Assembly: GCF_025526975.1 (NCBI RefSeq)
Contig: NW_026515671.1
Location: 1,550,001-1,614,000, forward strand
Length of the DNA: 64,000 nucleotides
Reading direction: 5' to 3'
From: Fimicolochytrium jonesii
Taxonomy: Eukaryota
In this document: piece after piece, positions 61,362 through 64,000 of the stretch
How the letters are laid out: each line of letters opens with the position of its first letter
How positions within the stretch are numbered: position 1 is the stretch's first letter
Program-made: the position numbers and the translations under genes
Notes under the pieces: model-generated
Told to the model about the DNA's origin: nothing
The model's input: only the letters and a program-made list of their open reading frames with translations
Database searches by the model: none

Positions 61362-64000
61362 CTATGCTTTGGCAGTCTCAGCTGAAGAAGCCGGCGTTTC
61401 GCCAGGGGTATGAGCAAAAGTTTTCGTCGGCTCGATAGGCGGGATGTCGGCGGATCCGATAGTCGAGTCTGGAGTCAGTTTCAACGACGAGGTGTCGACC
61501 AAACCTTCTGCCTGCTCGGAGGAGGGAATATCTGCGGCAGGTTGTGCTGGGTCATCCGCCCGGGTGTCTGCAGATTCAGAACATGATACATCGGTCGAAG
61601 GTTCGGCAGGCTGCGAAGGCGAAGCCTCAGCCAGAGCTTCTGTGGGCGAACTATCAGCAGCCGTTTCCGCGGGCACATCCGTCGCACGTTCAGGATGCGA
61701 TCCATCAGTCGATGTTTCCGCAGGCTGCAAAGGCAAAGCCTCAGCCAGAACGTCTGCCCGCTCAGAGGGCGAACTATCAGCAGCCGTTTCCGCGGGTACA
61801 TTCGTCGCTGAGGTTTTCGTAGGTTCAGGATGCGATCCATCAGTCGATGTTTCCGCATGTTGAGAACGGGACACTGTTTCTGCTGGCTCGGACGAGGGAT
61901 CCGACAAATTTCCCGCCAATTCCTCGCACAAAGCATAGTTAGCCCCCAACGCAATCCACGCCGCCCCCGACTCCCCACCCAACGCCACCAACCCCAGCGC
62001 CTCGGCCCCTTTAGTATACTGTGAGAAATTGACGGGCCCTGAGGCGCGTTTGAACAGCATCGGATTGCGGCGGGTGAGGTCCACCCCGACTTGGCTGCGG
62101 CGCGGTTGTTTCTGGCCGTCGCGCGCTCGGGCATACAGCACGGTGATTAGGTCGAGGTATCGTTCGGGAATTGGTTTGGTGATGGTGGTGATGCTCTCCG
62201 GGCCGGCGGTTGTCGTAGGTCTCGCGGGCGTGAGGGAGATCGGGGTCTCTGTGCCGGAGGCTGGTGGGGTGTCCGCCCCGGACGACGACGTAAGTGATCC
62301 AGGCGACGAGATGTCCGACGAAACTTCCGCAAGCCGAGAAATCGAGAGGTCACAGGAAGTTTTCGCAGGTTCAGATGAGACATCGGACAAGCTCCCTTCT
62401 GGTTCAGACGACGAGGTGTCCGGCGACAACACGTCCGGCGGCTGGGAAGGCGAGATGTCACCCAAAGTTTTCGCAGGTTCAGATGAGACATCGGTCAAAC
62501 TTTCCGCATGCCGAGCGCCCGCACTAGTTCGCGCGGCCCTCATCTCCAACTCCCGCAACGCTTTAACAATCTCATCCGCCGCCCCAAACTTCCTCTCCAA
62601 AAAAATGCGCGCCTTCCTCGTACCGACCCCCTGCTGAACCTGCCCTCTTAGCGCCGCGAGAGCCTCCTTCGCCCTACTCATCATCCCCTCCACCCTGAAC
62701 AAAATCACCAACTGCACCAACGTCTCCGGTTGCACCTGCACCCCCGTGTCCCGCATCTGCTGCCGAACCCTCACCGCGTTGACAACATCCCCGGTCGATG
62801 CATATGCCGACAACACCGCGTTCCAGTCCTCCCGGAACGCTTTCAAACCACACTGATTGAACCAGCCCAGTACACTTTCCGTCGCGAGGCCGTTGCCGAC
62901 TTGGCTAAACCCGGTGAGGAGGACGCGAAGGGTTGCGATGCCGACGTGCAGGCCCGCTTGGAGGAGCGTCTGTGAGAGTTGCGAAAGAGTGCCAGTTTTG
63001 TTGTCCATGGCATGTACGAGACGGACAGCTAGGTTCGTATCGGTGCGCACCCTGAGGTGTTTGAAGCCGCGTTTCTTGATTTGGAGCCAGGCGGAGACAA
63101 GTTTGGCCCGTTGAACGAGATCGGAGGGGGTGGGGATGGTGCCGTCTAGGTTTGGGACCGGTGGAGAGGTTGAGTTGGGGAGAGGGGTCGTTTCGGCAGG
63201 CTTCATCTTCTGGCGCAGTTCAGCGGCTGTGGCGTGCCTGCCTGCTTCCTCACAGGCATGTATCACGATGTTGAACATGTCTTGACGAGCAGGTTTCTTC
63301 ATCGCCGCGTTGCGTTGCTCAAACAATGCCAAGACCTTGGAAATGTTCAGATTCTTGACGTAAAAGTGGATCAACTCAAAGAAGAGCACATCATCAGGTC
63401 CCCACTTGTCATTTAGTTCCGCAAAAACCTTCACGATCTCCGCTTCATGGTTGCCTGCCGTGCATCCCTGCATGTACGCCGCCGCCGCCCGCCTTTTCAA
63501 GTGATGCTCCAAAAACTGATCCAACAGCAGTCGGGCAGCACTGAACTGTCCCATATGCGCATAACACAGCATGAGATTTAGTTCCCCATACCGATCCACA
63601 AAAAGAATCTTGTTCTCACTCGCCGTCTGCAACACCCGGTCCACCATTGTCGGACTCTGCAGCCGCGCAAAGAAGTAAATAAACTCCTGGTAAACACCGA
63701 TATCCGGGGGGGTGCCCGTGGCGGTATAGTACTGCCACAGCTTGGTGAGGAACGTGACGTGGTCGCGGCGGTCCCAGGGCTCTCTCTTGCCATTGCGTTT
63801 GTAGGTGTACAGCACGTACTTCAGCGCTTCGGCAGTGAGCCAGGGTGCGTCGCCGGCGCTTTCAACTTGGGGGTAGAGTACCCACACGGACATCTGGTAG
63901 TTTTGTGAGACAGCCCTGTAGAACTCTTCGAGCAGGGCTGGGTTGTTGGGGGTGGCGGATCGGGAGGCGGGTGGCTTGACGGGGGTGCTGTGGGACCGCG
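61362..64000 (-). CDS. PPR-like repeat protein with a winged-helix/LOTUS-like domain and a repetitive Ser/Pro/acidic tail; 5' end outside the window
   Basis: PPR-like units (PDIGVYQEFIYFFAR, DMFNIVIHACEEAG, EDWNAVLSAYASTGDV); imperfect DNA repeats near 61640-61860 and 62357-62495. Confidence 0.7.
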   Translation of the reverse strand, partial: RSHSTPVKPPASRSATPNNPALLEEFYRAVSQNYQMSVWVLYPQVESAGDAPWLTAEALKYVLYTYKRNGKREPWDRRDHVTFLTKLWQYYTATGTPPDIGVYQEFIYFFARLQSPTMVDRVLQTASENKILFVDRYGELNLMLCYAHMGQFSAARLLLDQFLEHHLKRRAAAAYMQGCTAGNHEAEIVKVFAELNDKWGPDDVLFFELIHFYVKNLNISKVLALFEQRNAAMKKPARQDMFNIVIHACEEAGRHATAAELRQKMKPAETTPLPNSTSPPVPNLDGTIPTPSDLVQRAKLVSAWLQIKKRGFKHLRVRTDTNLAVRLVHAMDNKTGTLSQLSQTLLQAGLHVGIATLRVLLTGFSQVGNGLATESVLGWFNQCGLKAFREDWNAVLSAYASTGDVVNAVRVRQQMRDTGVQVQPETLVQLVILFRVEGMMSRAKEALAALRGQVQQGVGTRKARIFLERKFGAADEIVKALRELEMRAARTSAGARHAESLTDVSSEPAKTLGDISPSQPPDVLSPDTSSSEPEGSLSDVSSEPAKTSCDLSISRLAEVSSDISSPGSLTSSSGADTPPASGTETPISLTPARPTTTAGPESITTITKPIPERYLDLITVLYARARDGQKQPRRSQVGVDLTRRNPMLFKRASGPVNFSQYTKGAEALGLVALGGESGAAWIALGANYALCEELAGNLSDPSSEPAETVSRSQHAETSTDGSHPEPTKTSATNVPAETAADSSPSERADVLAEALPLQPAETSTDGSHPERATDVPAETAADSSPTEALAEASPSQPAEPSTDVSCSESADTRADDPAQPAADIPSSEQAEGLVDTSSLKLTPDSTIGSADIPPIEPTKTFAHTPGETPASSAETAKA

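Overview
Intron-rich eukaryotic DNA, most likely from an early-diverging (chytrid-like) fungus; this is inferred from short GT-AG introns and genes such as NoxR, taxilin, a BRAT1-like protein and PHAF1. About 17 ordinary host genes (NoxR, IDO, DEAD-box helicase, taxilin, Rrp14, BRAT1-like, Kap123, SmB, PHAF1, Vts1, OYE, Fpg, Tfc4, SDR, mitochondrial carrier, Cog1, PPR protein) flank one accessory island at about 32.76-44.88 kb. The island is a Crypton-type tyrosine-recombinase (Ndc10-like, GCR1_C domain) DNA transposon. It carries two cargo genes: an orphan, and a very divergent histone H3 with CenH3/CENP-A-like diagnostic features. It is studded with nine dispersed copies of an exactly 71-bp dyad-symmetric motif (AAGCTGAG...CTCAGCTT). 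Seven copies lie inside the element's own predicted introns, and I found no copy elsewhere in the window. A 5.9-kb Ty3/Gypsy chromovirus with 530-bp LTRs, a TGCTG target-site duplication and a self-priming-type PBS has inserted into the H3-like gene. The Crypton, CenH3-like histone and 71-bp array together are the candidate novel system; their function is inference only. Exon boundaries and motif comparisons were read by eye, and no database searches were run.
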